A DNA stretch of 64,000 bases from an uncultured Verrucomicrobiae bacterium (GCA_963834385.1 CAWIBO010000002.1:160001-224000); one strand, 5' to 3'. Shown: positions 1 through 11,237, numbered from the stretch's first letter. Notes: a model not told the origin generated them from the sequence alone. Made by a program: numbers and translations.

Positions 1-698
1 TGGACAGCGCCCTCGAGAGCCGGCTTGACTTCGCCTACGATACCCGGCTCGGGTATCTCACGGCCTGCCCGACCAATGTCGGCACCGGCATGCGCGCCTC
101 CGCCATGCTCCACCTGCCCGGCCTCGTCCTGAGCGAGCTGATCAACCAGGTGATCCAGGCGGTAAACAAGATCGGCCTGGCGGTGCGCGGCCTTTACGGC
201 GAGGGCACGGAAGCCATGGGCAACCTGTTTCAGATTTCGAACCAGACGACCCTGGGTGAAAAGGAGGAGGAGATCGTCAGCCGTCTGACCAAGGTGATCG
301 AGACCATCATCGAGAAGGAACACGACGCCCGCCAGGTGCTGATCCAGAAGAAATCGAGTACGCTCTGGGACCAGATTGGGCGCGCCTACGGCATCCTGAC
401 TTATGCGCATGCCATGACCTCCAAAGAAGCGCTCAACCTTCTTTCCATCCTCAAGCTCGGGGTCGATCTCGGCGCCTTTCCCGAGGACCGCCGCCTGCCC
501 ATCGACGAACTCTTCATTGAGAGCCAGCCCGCGCACCTGCAAAAGAACTCGCAGCAGAAGCTGAACGCGGAGGAGCGCGACTATCTTCGCGCCCAAATCA
601 TCCGGGAGCGTTTGAAAACGTTTCCCAAACCTGATATCAGTAAAGTGGCTCGGGAGTCGGGCGACGAGAGATCCGCCGGGCCGCAAGACAATGAATAA
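1..698 (+). CDS. mcsB: Protein arginine kinase McsB (ATP:guanido phosphotransferase), 5'-truncated by window edge
   Basis: Frame open from position 3 reads ...[19 protein letters not shown]..., then VRGLYGEG and [10 protein letters not shown]; overlaps the clpC start. Confidence 0.93.
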   Translation, partial: DSALESRLDFAYDTRLGYLTACPTNVGTGMRASAMLHLPGLVLSELINQVIQAVNKIGLAVRGLYGEGTEAMGNLFQISNQTTLGEKEEEIVSRLTKVIETIIEKEHDARQVLIQKKSSTLWDQIGRAYGILTYAHAMTSKEALNLLSILKLGVDLGAFPEDRRLPIDELFIESQPAHLQKNSQQKLNAEERDYLRAQIIRERLKTFPKPDISKVARESGDERSAGPQDNE

Positions 699-3177
699 TT
701 TCACCCCCCGAGCGCAACAGGTCCTCGCGCTTGCCCGCAAGGAAGCGGATCGCTTCAACCATAACTACGTCGGCACGGAGCACCTGCTGCTCGGGCTGAT
801 CAAGCTGGGGCAGGGCGTGGCCGTCAACGTCCTCCAAAAAATGGGCCTCGATCTCGAGACCGTGCGCATGGAGGTGGAGAAGCAGGTCGGTTCCGGGCCC
901 GAGACGAAGATGGTCGGCAACATTCCCTACACCCCCCGGGTGAAGAAGGTCCTGGCCCTCGCGGGCAAGGAAGCCAAGGCCCTTAATCATTCCTACGTCG
1001 GCACGGAGCACATCCTCCTCGGTCTCCTCCGCGAAGGCGAAGGCGTTGCCGCCCGGGTGCTCAAGACCCTCGAGATCGACATCGAGCGCACCCGCAACGA
1101 GATCCTCAAGGAACTCGATCCTAATTTCACGCCGCCCGAGGCCGAGGAAGGCGAAGGCGCCGGTCCCTCCGGCTCAAAGAAGGATTTGAAGACCCCGGCG
1201 CTGCGCGCCTTTGGCCGCGACCTGACCGAACTGGCGAAGAAGAGCGAGCTCGACCCGGTAATCGGCCGGCGCAACGAGATCGAGCGCGTGATCCAGGTGC
1301 TTTGCCGCCGGACGAAGAACAATCCCGTGCTTCTCGGTGAAGCCGGCGTGGGCAAGACCGCCATCGCCGAAGGGCTGGCGCAGGAGATCGTGAACGGCAA
1401 CGTTCCTGAGTTGCTGCGCGACAAGAAGGTGATCACGCTCGACCTCGCGCTCATGGTCGCCGGCACCAAGTACCGGGGCCAGTTCGAGGAACGGATCAAG
1501 GCGGTCATGGACGAGATTCGCCGCTCCAAGAACGTCATCCTTTTTATCGACGAGCTGCACACCATCGTGGGCGCCGGCTCGGCCGAAGGCGCCATGGACG
1601 CCTCAAACATCATCAAGCCGGCCCTGAGCCGCGGCGAGCTCCAGTGCGTGGGCGCGACCACCCTGAACGAGTATCGGAAGTACATCGAGAAGGACGCCGC
1701 CCTCGAACGCCGTTTCCAGACCGTGAAAGTGGAGGCGCCGAGCGTGGACGAGACGGTTCTCATTCTCAAGGGTCTGCGGCCCAAGTACGAGGCGCACCAC
1801 AAGGCGAAGCTGACCGATGAAGCCCTGGAGATGGCGGTGAAGCTTTCTGATCGCTATATCACCGGCCGTTTCCTGCCGGACAAGGCCATCGACGTGATGG
1901 ACGAAGCCGGGGCCCGTGCCCGCATCAACGCCATGACCCGTCCGCCGGACGTGAAGGAAATCGAGCGCGAGATCGAGGAGATCCGGGTGGAAAAAGAGGC
2001 GTCGATCAAGGCGCAGGACTTCGAGAAGGCCGCTTCGCTGCGGGACAAGGAGAAGCAGACCAAGGACAAGCTGGAATCGATCCTGAGCGCATGGCGCGAG
2101 GAGCGCGAGGAGAAGGAAGTGCTCGTGAGTGCGGACGACATGATGCACGTCATCGCCAAGGTGACCGGTGTGCCGTTGCAGCGGATGGAACAGAAGGAAA
2201 CCGAAAAGCTCCTGCGGATGGAGGAGGAGCTAAAGCACAAGGTGATTGGCCAGCACGAGGCCGTGGTGGCCATTTCCAAGGCGCTGCGCCGCAGCCGGGC
2301 CGACCTGAAGGACCCGCGCCGTCCGATCGGCTCGTTTATTTTCCTGGGCCCGACCGGCGTCGGCAAAACCTTCCTGGCGCAGACCCTGGCCGAATTCATG
2401 TTCGGCGACCGCGACGCGCTCATCCAGATCGACATGTCGGAGTACATGGAGAAGTTCACCGCCTCGCGCCTGATTGGTTCGCCCCCGGGCTATGTTGGTT
2501 ACGAGGAGGGGGGCCAGCTCTCCGAGGCCGTCCGGCGGCGTCCGTATTCCGTGGTGCTTTTCGACGAGATCGAGAAGGCGCACCCCGATGTGATGCATCT
2601 GCTTCTGCAGATCCTGGAAGACGGCAAGGTGACCGACTCGCTGGGGCGCAAGATCGACTTCCGCAACACCATCATCATCATGACCTCGAACGTGGGGGCG
2701 GAGCTGCTCAAGCGGCAGACCACCATGGGCTTCGGTGCCACCAAGCCCGTCGGCGAGCATGAGTACGACACCATGCGCGATCGCCTGCTGGAGGAGGCGA
2801 AAAAAGCCTTCAAACCCGAGTTCATCAATCGTCTCGACGATATCATCGTCTTCCACCAGCTCGTCCGGACCGATCTCATGGAGATCGTCGAACTCGAGGT
2901 GGGCAAGGTCCTCGAGCGGGTGAAGAACAAGGAGGTTTATCTCGAACTCGACCAGTCCGCCAAGGACCTGTTGATCGAGAAAGGTTACGACCCGCAGTAT
3001 GGCGCGCGTCCCATGCGCCGCGCGGTGGAGCGTTATCTCGAGGATCCGTTCGCGGAGGAACTCCTGCGCGGGCAGCTCAAGAGCGGCGACACCGTGCATG
3101 TCTCGGCCGCGGACGGGAAGCTGGTCTTCAAGGTGGCCGAGCCGCAACCGCAGCCGGGCGAGCCCGCCGGCGCCTAA
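691..3177 (+). CDS. clpC: ATP-dependent Clp protease ATP-binding subunit ClpC
   Basis: Two Clp-N repeats ([18 protein letters not shown]), Walker A GEAGVGKT and [11 protein letters not shown]-like [11 protein letters not shown], pore loop GYVG. Confidence 0.96.
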   Translation: MNNFTPRAQQVLALARKEADRFNHNYVGTEHLLLGLIKLGQGVAVNVLQKMGLDLETVRMEVEKQVGSGPETKMVGNIPYTPRVKKVLALAGKEAKALNHSYVGTEHILLGLLREGEGVAARVLKTLEIDIERTRNEILKELDPNFTPPEAEEGEGAGPSGSKKDLKTPALRAFGRDLTELAKKSELDPVIGRRNEIERVIQVLCRRTKNNPVLLGEAGVGKTAIAEGLAQEIVNGNVPELLRDKKVITLDLALMVAGTKYRGQFEERIKAVMDEIRRSKNVILFIDELHTIVGAGSAEGAMDASNIIKPALSRGELQCVGATTLNEYRKYIEKDAALERRFQTVKVEAPSVDETVLILKGLRPKYEAHHKAKLTDEALEMAVKLSDRYITGRFLPDKAIDVMDEAGARARINAMTRPPDVKEIEREIEEIRVEKEASIKAQDFEKAASLRDKEKQTKDKLESILSAWREEREEKEVLVSADDMMHVIAKVTGVPLQRMEQKETEKLLRMEEELKHKVIGQHEAVVAISKALRRSRADLKDPRRPIGSFIFLGPTGVGKTFLAQTLAEFMFGDRDALIQIDMSEYMEKFTASRLIGSPPGYVGYEEGGQLSEAVRRRPYSVVLFDEIEKAHPDVMHLLLQILEDGKVTDSLGRKIDFRNTIIIMTSNVGAELLKRQTTMGFGATKPVGEHEYDTMRDRLLEEAKKAFKPEFINRLDDIIVFHQLVRTDLMEIVELEVGKVLERVKNKEVYLELDQSAKDLLIEKGYDPQYGARPMRRAVERYLEDPFAEELLRGQLKSGDTVHVSAADGKLVFKVAEPQPQPGEPAGA

Positions 3178-3297
3178 AGCAGGGCGGAACCGGCCGGCCG
3201 GAATGTGCGCCAGCCTCTTCCCCGGAGGGACGCGCTTCTGCGCGTCCAAAATGCTGCACGCAACCGGACCGTTGTCGTCCGGGAGCGCAGGTTTGGA

Positions 3298-4197
3298 TCA
3301 GGCGCGCGGATGCGCTGAATCGTAGGCTTTGCGGAGCCGTTCCACGGTCACGTGGGTGTAAATCTGGGTGGTCGAAAGGCTGGCATGCCCCAGAAGCGCC
3401 TGAACGCTTCGCAGGTCGGCCCCGGCATCGAGCAGGTGGGTGGCGAAGCTGTGCCGGAGCTTGTGCGGGCTGAGGGAGATCGGGATGGAGGTGTGCCGCA
3501 GGTAGCGTTTCAGGATCAGCCAGATGGAGCGGGGCGTGATGCGCCGGCGTGATTTGTTCAGGAAAAGCGGACCGGCATGAACCTGGGCGGCTGACCGGTA
3601 ATTTGAGATGGCGGTAAGAGCGGGCGCGCCGACCGGGCAGACGCGTTCCTTCCGTCCTTTCCCGAGCACGCGCACCGACTCGGTGTAGGGATCGAGATCA
3701 GCGACATCGAGCGCGGCCAGCTCGGCCAGGCGCAGGCCGCTGCTGTAGAACAGTTCCATCACGGCAAGGTCGCGCAGCGGCATCCACGCGGGCGCCGATT
3801 TCTCCTTCGGCACACGCAGCGGCGCCGTAAGAAGTTCCTCCACCTGCGTTCGGGTCAGGAGGAGCGGCAGCTTCTTTTCCAGCCTGGGCAGCTGCACCTC
3901 GCGGGTGGGGTCGACGGCGAGACCCTTCCGGTTCACCAGAAAGCGGTAAAAGGTGCGCAAAGCGGAAAACTGGAGCCGAATGTAGGAGCGGGCCTGGCCC
4001 CGCTCCATGAGGAGGAAGAGGTAATCGCGGAAATGCTCCGCGGTGCACTCGGCCCAGGCCGGGGCCTCGGTGGCCGCCCGGAAGGCCTCGAGGGCGGCGC
4101 GGTAACGAGCCAGGGTGCGCGGCGAGGCGTTGCGCTCGACCTCGAGATAACGCAGGAATTCGTCGACAGATTTCGCGGCGGAATCCCGGCGCGGCAC
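3298..4197 (-). CDS. xerC: Tyrosine recombinase XerC/XerD
   Basis: YSSGLRLAEL, GKGRKER, SPHKLRHSFATHLL, LLGHASLSTTQIYTH, ends HPRA. Confidence 0.88.
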   Translation of the reverse strand: MPRRDSAAKSVDEFLRYLEVERNASPRTLARYRAALEAFRAATEAPAWAECTAEHFRDYLFLLMERGQARSYIRLQFSALRTFYRFLVNRKGLAVDPTREVQLPRLEKKLPLLLTRTQVEELLTAPLRVPKEKSAPAWMPLRDLAVMELFYSSGLRLAELAALDVADLDPYTESVRVLGKGRKERVCPVGAPALTAISNYRSAAQVHAGPLFLNKSRRRITPRSIWLILKRYLRHTSIPISLSPHKLRHSFATHLLDAGADLRSVQALLGHASLSTTQIYTHVTVERLRKAYDSAHPRA

Positions 4198-4199
4198 AG

Positions 4200-4688
4200 T
4201 CAGAAGGGCTTCTCGATCTGGTAGCGGCTCACGGCGGCGGAGGCGCGCCCGCTGGCCTGGCTGCTGAAGATCGGGGGCGGATTCGTCGAAATCAGTTCGT
4301 AGTTCTCGAGGACGAACTCCGGGTAAATCGCGTTGCTGGCCGGTTCGTAAACTTCCTCGCCGCTGAAACGGCCGGTGAGCCGGTACTCGTAATTGTTATC
4401 AAATCCGAAATTCACCTGCTCGCGGTCGGGCGCGAGTTTTTTGTGCTCGTTCAACATGACCAACTTCGCGGTCGACCAGGACTGGCCCGGGCGGCGGACA
4501 TAGCCCCAGAACTTGTAGTCTGGCTTGTAGTAGCGGCGGCCGATGAAGTAGTCCCCCGGCGGCTCGCTCGAGATCGTCTGCTGCTGGGCGATGCGCGCCT
4601 GTTGGATGCCATCGGGCACCGTCTGGCAGTTGCTCAGGGCAAAGAGGGTAAAGAGCAGGGGGAGAACCTGGCCAAGTCGCTTGATCAT
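4200..4688 (-). CDS. Hypothetical lipoprotein
   Basis: ATG at 4688 gives MIKRLGQVLPLLFTLFALSNC (signal peptide with lipobox-like Cys); abuts xerC. Confidence 0.7.
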   Translation of the reverse strand: MIKRLGQVLPLLFTLFALSNCQTVPDGIQQARIAQQQTISSEPPGDYFIGRRYYKPDYKFWGYVRRPGQSWSTAKLVMLNEHKKLAPDREQVNFGFDNNYEYRLTGRFSGEEVYEPASNAIYPEFVLENYELISTNPPPIFSSQASGRASAAVSRYQIEKPF

Positions 4689-4794
4689 CAGCAGCACCTT
4701 TATCGCACGCACCGCGGGAGTGCAATGCCGGGGCGGCCGCGGGCGCGCGATTCGATTTTGCATCGCCGCCGCCCGCCGTTACCGTCCGGGAGTC

Positions 4795-5058
4795 ATGATC
4801 GAACTTGAGGTTTACGCGGCGGGCGTGCGTGGGCTGGACAAGGTCCTTGCCCTCGATCACCAACTCGAGACGCTGAGCGGCCTCCGCTACAAGGTGGACC
4901 GGAACCATGACCTGGTTTACCTCGAGTTCGACGCGCCGATTCTTTCCATCTCGGAGATTCGTGCCATTTTTCGCCGCCTCGAGCTGGAGCCGCGTTTTGT
5001 CGGGCCCATCCCGCCGGAGTTGCGGCCAAAAACCACCACGCAGGTGCTGGTGCCCTAG
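4795..5058 (+). CDS. Small hypothetical protein (87 aa), possible HMA/ferredoxin-like fold without CxxC
   Basis: MIELEVYAAGVRGLDKVLALD... fills the gap before mlaE; beta-alpha-beta-beta-alpha-beta-like pattern. Confidence 0.65.
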   Translation: MIELEVYAAGVRGLDKVLALDHQLETLSGLRYKVDRNHDLVYLEFDAPILSISEIRAIFRRLELEPRFVGPIPPELRPKTTTQVLVP

Positions 5059-5097
5059 CGGGGGCGCCGCGTCGGCCCGGTTCCCGCCCGACCCATC

Positions 5098-5892
5098 ATG
5101 ACCCGGTTCCTGTCCACGCTTGGCGGCGCTCTCCTTGGTTTTCTGGGTTACCTCGGGCGGGTGCTCCTGCTGGCCCTGGAGACGTTTCGCTCCCTTTTCA
5201 CCCGGCGGTTGCGCTGGCGTCTTTTTCTCCGGCAGGTGGTGGAGATCGGTCTCCACTCCCAGCTTGTCGTGGTCATCACCGGCGGCTTCACCGGGGCTGT
5301 ATTTGCCGCCCAGACTTATTTCCAATTCAGCAAGCTGGGCCTGGGCTCGGGCGTCGGCGCGGTGGTCTCGGTTGCCCTCTGCCGCGAACTCGGGCCGGTC
5401 CTGACCGCGTTGATGGTGACCGGCAGGGTGGGCGCGGCCATGTCGGCCGAGATCGGGACGATGAAGGTCACGGAGCAGATTGACGCCCTGCGCGCGCTCG
5501 CGGTGCATCCGGTCGATTACCTGGTCGTGCCCCGCGCCCTCGCCATGATGGTCTCGATGCCGCTGCTCGTGGCGGAATGCATCGGGGTCGGGATCGCGGC
5601 GGGTTACTTCGTCGCCATCACGCTCCTGGAGGTGAGCGGCCCGTATTACCTCGCGAACATGGAACGCTGGACGCAAATGCGCGACATCGTCATGGGCCTG
5701 ACCAAGGCCTTCTGTTTCGCCATCCTGATCGTCTTCATCAGCTGCGACCGCGGCTTGCATGCGCGCGAGGGTGCGGTCGGCGTGGGCCGGGCCACCACGG
5801 AAGCGGTCGTCTTTGCCTCGCTCGCGGTGCTGATCTCGAACTTTTTCCTGACCATGTTCCTGAACATCCTTTTCCCGGCCGGCTACCAGTGA
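5098..5892 (+). CDS. mlaE: MlaE-family ABC transporter permease
   Basis: RELGPVLTALMVTGRVGAAMSAEIGTMKVTEQIDAL, GAVGVGRATTEAVV. Confidence 0.93.
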   Translation: MTRFLSTLGGALLGFLGYLGRVLLLALETFRSLFTRRLRWRLFLRQVVEIGLHSQLVVVITGGFTGAVFAAQTYFQFSKLGLGSGVGAVVSVALCRELGPVLTALMVTGRVGAAMSAEIGTMKVTEQIDALRALAVHPVDYLVVPRALAMMVSMPLLVAECIGVGIAAGYFVAITLLEVSGPYYLANMERWTQMRDIVMGLTKAFCFAILIVFISCDRGLHAREGAVGVGRATTEAVVFASLAVLISNFFLTMFLNILFPAGYQ

Positions 5893-6680
5893 CAGAGGAC
5901 GCGACCACCATGAAGAGTGAGGCCGGCGGGGTTCCCATGATTGCCGTGCACGGCCTGGGTAAAGCCATCGGCGGCCAGACCATCCTGCGCGAGGTCAACC
6001 TGGAGGTTCCGCGCGGCGAAACGCTCGTCGTCCTCGGCCGGAGCGGCGCCGGCAAGAGCGTGCTCCTGAAACACCTTATTGGCCTGATGCGTCCCGATAC
6101 GGGCGAAATCCTGATCGAGGGCGAGGAGATCACCCGCCTCAACGAGCGGGCCCTCGAGTCCATCCGGCGCAAGGTCGGAATTCTTTTCCAAGGGGGCGCG
6201 CTCTTCGACTCGATGACCGTGGAGGAAAACATTGCCTTTCCGCTGCGCGAGGCCGGGGAACGCGACCTGGCGGTCCTGCGCGCAAAGGTGGGAGAAATGC
6301 TCGAGATCATCGAGCTGACCGGGCACGAGAAGAAACTGCCGGTGAACCTGAGCGGCGGCATGAAGAAAAGGGTGGGCCTGGCCCGTTCCATCATCCGGCG
6401 ACCGGCCGTGATTCTCTATGATGAACCGACCGCCGGGCTCGACCCAATTGTCTCCGACAGCATTGACCGCCTGATCCGGCGCCTCCAGGAGCGTTTCAAG
6501 GTCACCAGCGTGGTCGTGACCCATGACATGAAGAGCGCGTTCCACGTCGCGGACCGGATCGCCTATCTTCATGAGGGGACCATTTACTTTCATGGTTCTC
6601 CCGACCGGTTGCGCAGCACGAACGACCCTCTCCTGCAGGACTTTCTCCTTGGGCGCTCGGAGGAGGCAATGCTCCGGTGA
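5889..6680 (+). CDS. mlaF: MlaF-family ABC transporter ATPase
   Basis: GRSGAGKS, LFQGGALFDS, LSGGMKKRVGLAR, LYDEPTAGLDP; start GTG 5889 or ATG 5910. Confidence 0.92.
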   Translation: MTEDATTMKSEAGGVPMIAVHGLGKAIGGQTILREVNLEVPRGETLVVLGRSGAGKSVLLKHLIGLMRPDTGEILIEGEEITRLNERALESIRRKVGILFQGGALFDSMTVEENIAFPLREAGERDLAVLRAKVGEMLEIIELTGHEKKLPVNLSGGMKKRVGLARSIIRRPAVILYDEPTAGLDPIVSDSIDRLIRRLQERFKVTSVVVTHDMKSAFHVADRIAYLHEGTIYFHGSPDRLRSTNDPLLQDFLLGRSEEAMLR

Positions 6681-6723
6681 AAGACGTGGAATTTTCCGGG
6701 GGCGGGCGGAAACTGAAAGACTG

Positions 6724-7635
6724 ATGAAACCGGAAGGGCGCACGCTTGAGGTCAAGGTCGGGGCCTTTGTTTTTGCCGGGCTCGCCGTTCTCGCGGTCCT
6801 GGTCGTGCAATTCGGCCGGCTCAACGAGGGTTTTAAACGCTATTACCCGATCACGGTCCGGTTCGCCGACGCCAGCGGCCTGCTCAAGGGGTCGGATGTC
6901 CTCTTCGCCGGGGCGAAGATCGGCAAGGTGGCCGGGCCGCCCACGCTGGCTCCGTCCGGGGGCGGGGTCGCGGTGCCGCTCCGCATTTACGAGCACATTC
7001 GCATCCCCGCCGGGAGCAAGTTTTCCGTCGGCAGTTCCGGCCTTCTCGGGGACCGTTTTGTCAACGTGGCCATGCCAAAGGAGAAGCCGGAAAAAGTGCT
7101 GGCGCCGGGGGCGATCGTCCAGGGGACGCGCGAAACCGGGCTCGATGACCTCACGCGGGAAGGAAACTTGCTCTTGGAAGACCTGCGGGGGGCGGTTTCG
7201 AACATAAACTCCGCCGCCGTAAAACTGGATCAACAGGCCCTATCCCAGCAAAACATGGACAATTTGAAATCGAGTATTGCCCACCTTGACGAGGCCATGG
7301 GTGCCCTGGCCGCCTCCTCGAAGAAAGTCGAGGCCGTCCTGGAAAAAGGGGATGCCACCATGACCTCGGCGCGGCAGACCGCCGACGAGCTGCAACTGGC
7401 GATTGGCGACGCGCGCAAGACGATCCAGGGCGCCAGCCGGCTGATGCAGGAAGCCACCACGGGCGATGGCCTTCTTCCCGCGCTCCTCCACGACGAAAAA
7501 CTGGCAGGCGATTTGCGCGCGCTCGTGAGCAACCTGCGCCGGCGAGGCGTGCTTTTCTACCGCGACGTGGCAACCCAGGAGGAAGCCCGGGCGACCGCCT
7601 CGCCAGCCTCAACCCGGGAGCGACGCCCCCGATGA
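6724..7635 (+). CDS. mlaD: MlaD/MCE-domain protein with long helical C-terminus
   Basis: EVKVGAFV TM segment, FADASGLLKGSDV..AGAKIGKV, SSGLLGDRFV. Confidence 0.88.
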   Translation: MKPEGRTLEVKVGAFVFAGLAVLAVLVVQFGRLNEGFKRYYPITVRFADASGLLKGSDVLFAGAKIGKVAGPPTLAPSGGGVAVPLRIYEHIRIPAGSKFSVGSSGLLGDRFVNVAMPKEKPEKVLAPGAIVQGTRETGLDDLTREGNLLLEDLRGAVSNINSAAVKLDQQALSQQNMDNLKSSIAHLDEAMGALAASSKKVEAVLEKGDATMTSARQTADELQLAIGDARKTIQGASRLMQEATTGDGLLPALLHDEKLAGDLRALVSNLRRRGVLFYRDVATQEEARATASPASTRERRPR

Positions 7636-8661
7636 CGCCGCTCTTTACCGTCAACCTGCTGCGGGTGCTTTTCGTCACCTTCTGCGCAACCATCGGCGCC
7701 CTCGCCTCGGCCACGCTGCAGGATAACGCGATCCCGGGACTTCTCGTTGGACTGGTTTTTTCGCTTCTCCTCGTGCTTGGCCGACCGGCTGCTCAAGGGG
7801 TTCTCTCTGCGCGCCTTCTCCTCCGCCACCTTCGGCCTTCTCCTTGGTCTCCTGTTTTCCCGCTTGCTCCTCGCCTCCGACATCCTGCGTTACCAGCCGG
7901 AATCGACGCAGTGGACCATCCGGTTGGTCGTTTACTGCGCCTTCGGTTATCTCGGCATGATGCTCGCCATGCGGAGCAACCGCGACGAGTTCTCGCTCAT
8001 CATCCCGTATGTCCGCTTTTCGCGGCAGGCCACCCAGCACGAGCCGATCGTGGTCGATACCAACATCATCATCGACGGGCGCCTCGCCGATCTCTGCGCC
8101 ACCGGTTTCCTGAGCCGTTCCCTGATCGTGCCCCGTTTTGTCCTCGGCGAATTGCAGACCCTGGCCGATTCGCGCGATGCCGTGAAAAGGGAACGCGGGC
8201 GCCGCGGCCTCGAGATCCTGCAGAAACTGCAGCGCACCCCGGAGATCGAGCTGAGCATCCACGAAACCAGCAGCGATGAACCGGACGGTCCCGTGGACAG
8301 CCGTCTCGTCCAAACCGCGAAACTGCTGGGCGCGCGCCTCCTGACCAACGACGCCGCCCTCTGCCAGGTCGCACGCCTCCAGCAGGTCACTGCCCTCAAT
8401 TTGACCGATCTCACCCGGGCCTTGCGTCCGGCCGTTTCCGCTGGGGACGAAATCCCCCTCGCCCTGGTCAAGGAAGGCCGCGAAAGTCATCAGGCGGTCG
8501 GGTATCTGCCCGATGGCACCATGATCGTGGTCAATCACGCCCGCCCTCGTCTTGGAACCACCGCCGAGGTGGTCATTTCCAGCGCCCTTCAGTCGGCCGG
8601 CGGCCGCCTTGTTTTTGCCGAGCTGAAGGAAAACGGGGCGCGCGCCGCGGCAGGCCGCTGA
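7632..8661 (+). CDS. PIN/TRAM-domain membrane protein (YacL-like); frameshift near 7777
   Basis: N-terminal TM helices, VDTNIIIDGR, RGRRGLEIL, LLTND, VGYLPDGTMIVV; split over two frames by one extra base. Confidence 0.85.
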
Positions 8662-8680
8662 CGGGGCGCACGAGCTGCGC

Positions 8681-9490
8681 ATGCCATTTCGCCGCCTGCT
8701 GAAGGACCTCCTGCCCCACGGGCTGGTGGAACTGCGGCGTGACCTCGGCCGTCTGCGCGAGCTTGGCCTTTCCCTGCCCCCTTCACGCTGGCTGGCCGCG
8801 CGGCGTCTCCTGGCGGATCTCGACGAAACCGGCCTCGCGCTTTTGCCGCCCGGTCACCTGCGCGATTTGTCGTGTGTCGTTGATGTCGGGGCCAATGTCG
8901 GCCACTGGTCGGCCGCGGTGCTGCGCAGTCTTGCACCGCAGCGACTGATCGCGATTGAGCCGGCGCCCGGGCCCTTCGCCCAGTTGCGGGAAAGGCTCGG
9001 CGATCGCGCGGAGCTTCATCAAGTGGCGGTGGGCGCGGAGACCGGCCAGGCCGCGCTGCATCTTACGCGGGACAGCACCGGCGCTTCCCTTCTTCCCCCC
9101 GCGCCCGCCATGCGCGAAGTGGTCGGCCGGAACTGGTCCGTGGAAGAAAAGATTTCCGTACCGGTGCGAACCCTCGATGACTTGTTGCGCGAGGTCGCGG
9201 AGATCTCGCTCTTGAAACTGGATGTGCAGGGGGTTGAACACGAGGTGCTGGCCGGGGCGCGGGAGGTCCTGCGCCGGACCCGGTTCCTCCTCATCGAGAT
9301 GAACTTTATGCGCCAGTATGAAGGCGGCTCCTGGTTCGGCCCGGTGCACGAGACCCTCACGGAGAGCGAATCATTTGTGCTGGTGAATGTGTCCCCTCCG
9401 CTTTGTTTAAATGGGCGGGCCTCGATGTGTGACGGGCTGTATGTGAACCGGGAGCTGATCCCGGAATGGGTGAAACCGGACTTCACGTAA
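8681..9490 (+). CDS. FkbM-family SAM-dependent methyltransferase
   Basis: VVDVGANVG, IEP, VRTLDD, LLKLDVQGVEHEVLAG. Confidence 0.88.
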   Translation: MPFRRLLKDLLPHGLVELRRDLGRLRELGLSLPPSRWLAARRLLADLDETGLALLPPGHLRDLSCVVDVGANVGHWSAAVLRSLAPQRLIAIEPAPGPFAQLRERLGDRAELHQVAVGAETGQAALHLTRDSTGASLLPPAPAMREVVGRNWSVEEKISVPVRTLDDLLREVAEISLLKLDVQGVEHEVLAGAREVLRRTRFLLIEMNFMRQYEGGSWFGPVHETLTESESFVLVNVSPPLCLNGRASMCDGLYVNRELIPEWVKPDFT

Positions 9491-9512
9491 GGGGAGGCGA
9501 TCGGTGGGCGGA

Positions 9513-9553
9513 AAGTAAAATACGCTTTACTTAATGTAAGGTATACCTTACAT
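9513..9553. promoter_or_regulatory. Tandem palindromic operators GTAA-N8-TTAC
   Basis: AAGTAAAATACGCTTTACTT (9513-9532, imperfect) and perfect 20-bp palindrome ATGTAAGGTATACCTTACAT (9534-9553), directly upstream of the membrane protein + Xre HTH operon. Confidence 0.75.
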
Positions 9554-9560
9554 CACCGGA

Positions 9561-10043
9561 ATGATTGCACAATTCCGGGGAATTCTTTCCAACACGTCGT
9601 CTCGCGAACTTGCGGCCTGGGCCTCCATCCTGACCACGGTTCTCGTCTACCTTCCCTATTTCGCCTGGGTTTTCGAGGCCTTTGCCGGAAACCGCCTAGG
9701 CGCGGCCGCTCTCCTGGGGAAACTCATCGGCGCAGTGGTGACGCAGCTCTTCTTTCTCGCGCTGATTCATATTGTGCTGGCGATTACTCTGCGACGTGAG
9801 CCGGAGGATGAGCGGGCCGCCCTGATCGAGGCGCGCTCGTCGCGTCTGGCCTACAACATTCTTTCACCGGTCCTTGTTATCGGGGCGGTGGCGATCGTCG
9901 TGACCGGGGTTGTCACGCCCGAACCCCTGGCGCGCAATCTTCTGAACCCGATCTTTCTGAGCCAGGTCGGGCTCCTGGCCGCGATCGTGGCGGAGATGGC
10001 CAGGTATCTGATGCAGGTGATTTGCCTTCGGCGCGGCTGCTAG
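9561..10043 (+). CDS. Four-TM membrane protein of unknown function
   Basis: Four hydrophobic segments with a central DER...I..R motif; paired with a downstream Xre regulator. Confidence 0.75.
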   Translation: MIAQFRGILSNTSSRELAAWASILTTVLVYLPYFAWVFEAFAGNRLGAAALLGKLIGAVVTQLFFLALIHIVLAITLRREPEDERAALIEARSSRLAYNILSPVLVIGAVAIVVTGVVTPEPLARNLLNPIFLSQVGLLAAIVAEMARYLMQVICLRRGC

Positions 10044-10044
10044 G

Positions 10045-10272
10045 ATGGAGAAGCTCCGCATCAGCAACCAGATCAGGCGTCTCCGTTTCGAGACCGGCGA
10101 GATGACGCAGCAAAAGCTGGCCGAAACTGTTGGCGTGACCCGGCAGACGATCATTGCCGTGGAGGCGGCAAAGTATTTTCCCTCGCTCGAACTGGCTTTC
10201 CGGATTGCGCAGGCCTTTGACCGGCCCCTGGAGGAGGTCTTCCAATTGGAAGGGGCGACCGGCGATCCCTGA
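10045..10272 (+). CDS. Xre/Cro-family HTH transcriptional regulator
   Basis: [21 protein letters not shown]...[10 protein letters not shown]. Confidence 0.92.
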   Translation: MEKLRISNQIRRLRFETGEMTQQKLAETVGVTRQTIIAVEAAKYFPSLELAFRIAQAFDRPLEEVFQLEGATGDP

Positions 10273-10273
10273 T

Positions 10274-11237
10274 TTAGCGCAGCCCGACCGCCTGCCGGAC
10301 CCGTTCCATCACCACCGAAGCCGCGGCCCGGGCCCGTCCGGCCCCCTCGGCCAGGATGGCATCCAGTCGCTCCGGCTCCTTCTCCAGCTCGGCCCGGCGA
10401 GCCCGCATCGGGGCAAAAAACTCCCAGAGCCGGGCGAAAAGTTGCTTCTTGTAATCGCCGTAGCCGGTCCCGCCGCGTCGGAACGAGTCCCGCATTTCCT
10501 CCATCTCGGCGGCGCGTGGCGAAAAGGGAGTAAAGCTGCACCAGGGTGGAACCTTCCGGGTTCTTCGGGCTCTCGACCGGGGCGGAGTCGGTCACGATGC
10601 TCATGACGCGTTTTCGCGTTTCCTTTTCCTCACCGAAAAGGTCGATGGTGTTGCCGTAGCTCTTGCTCATTTTCTGCCCGTCGAGGCCGGGCACGGTCTC
10701 GGTGGCGGCGTTGATCCGGGGCTCCGGCAGCTTGAGGACGTCGCCAAAGGCTTCGTTCAGGCGGCTGGCGATGTCGCGGGTGATCTCGAGATGCTGTTTC
10801 TGGTCCCGGCCGACCGGCACCACGTCGCTGTCGTAGATGAGGATGTCGGCGGCCATTAGGACCGGGTAGGTGAAAAGCCCGGCGTTGGCCGCGACCCCCC
10901 GGGCCACCTTGTCCTTGTAGGAGTGGGCCAGCTCGAGGCGCGACATCGGGGTGACGGTGGAAAGAATCCAGGCCAGTTCCGTGACCTCGGGGACATCCGA
11001 CTGGCGGAAGAGGGCGGCGCGGGCGGGATCGAGTCCGCAGGCGAGGAAATCGAGGGCCACCTGCCGGGTGTGCCGGCGCAGGGCCGCCGGGTCGCGCAGG
11101 GAGGTGAGGGCATGGTAATCAGCGATGAAATAGAAAGCCTCGCCCTCCTGCTGCAGCGCGATGGCGGGGCGCATCATCCCGAAATAATTGCCGAGATGCA
11201 GGAGGCCGCTGGGCTGGATGCCGGAAAGGATGCGCAT
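10274..11237 (-). CDS. trpS: Tryptophan--tRNA ligase; frameshift near 10514
   Basis: SGIQPSG.LHLGNY, YPVLMAADIL, VPVGRDQKQH, KMSKS; C-terminus GYGDYKKQL...VRQAVGLR lies in another frame. Confidence 0.95.

Noticed and set aside
3298..4197. Tyrosine recombinase as an integrase of a mobile element
   Set aside because: Size and motifs match housekeeping XerC/D; no att repeats, phage or conjugation genes nearby.
10274..11237. Programmed frameshifting or true pseudogenisation of trpS and other split genes
   Set aside because: No common slippery motif; scattered +1 indels in unrelated and essential genes fit sequencing error better.
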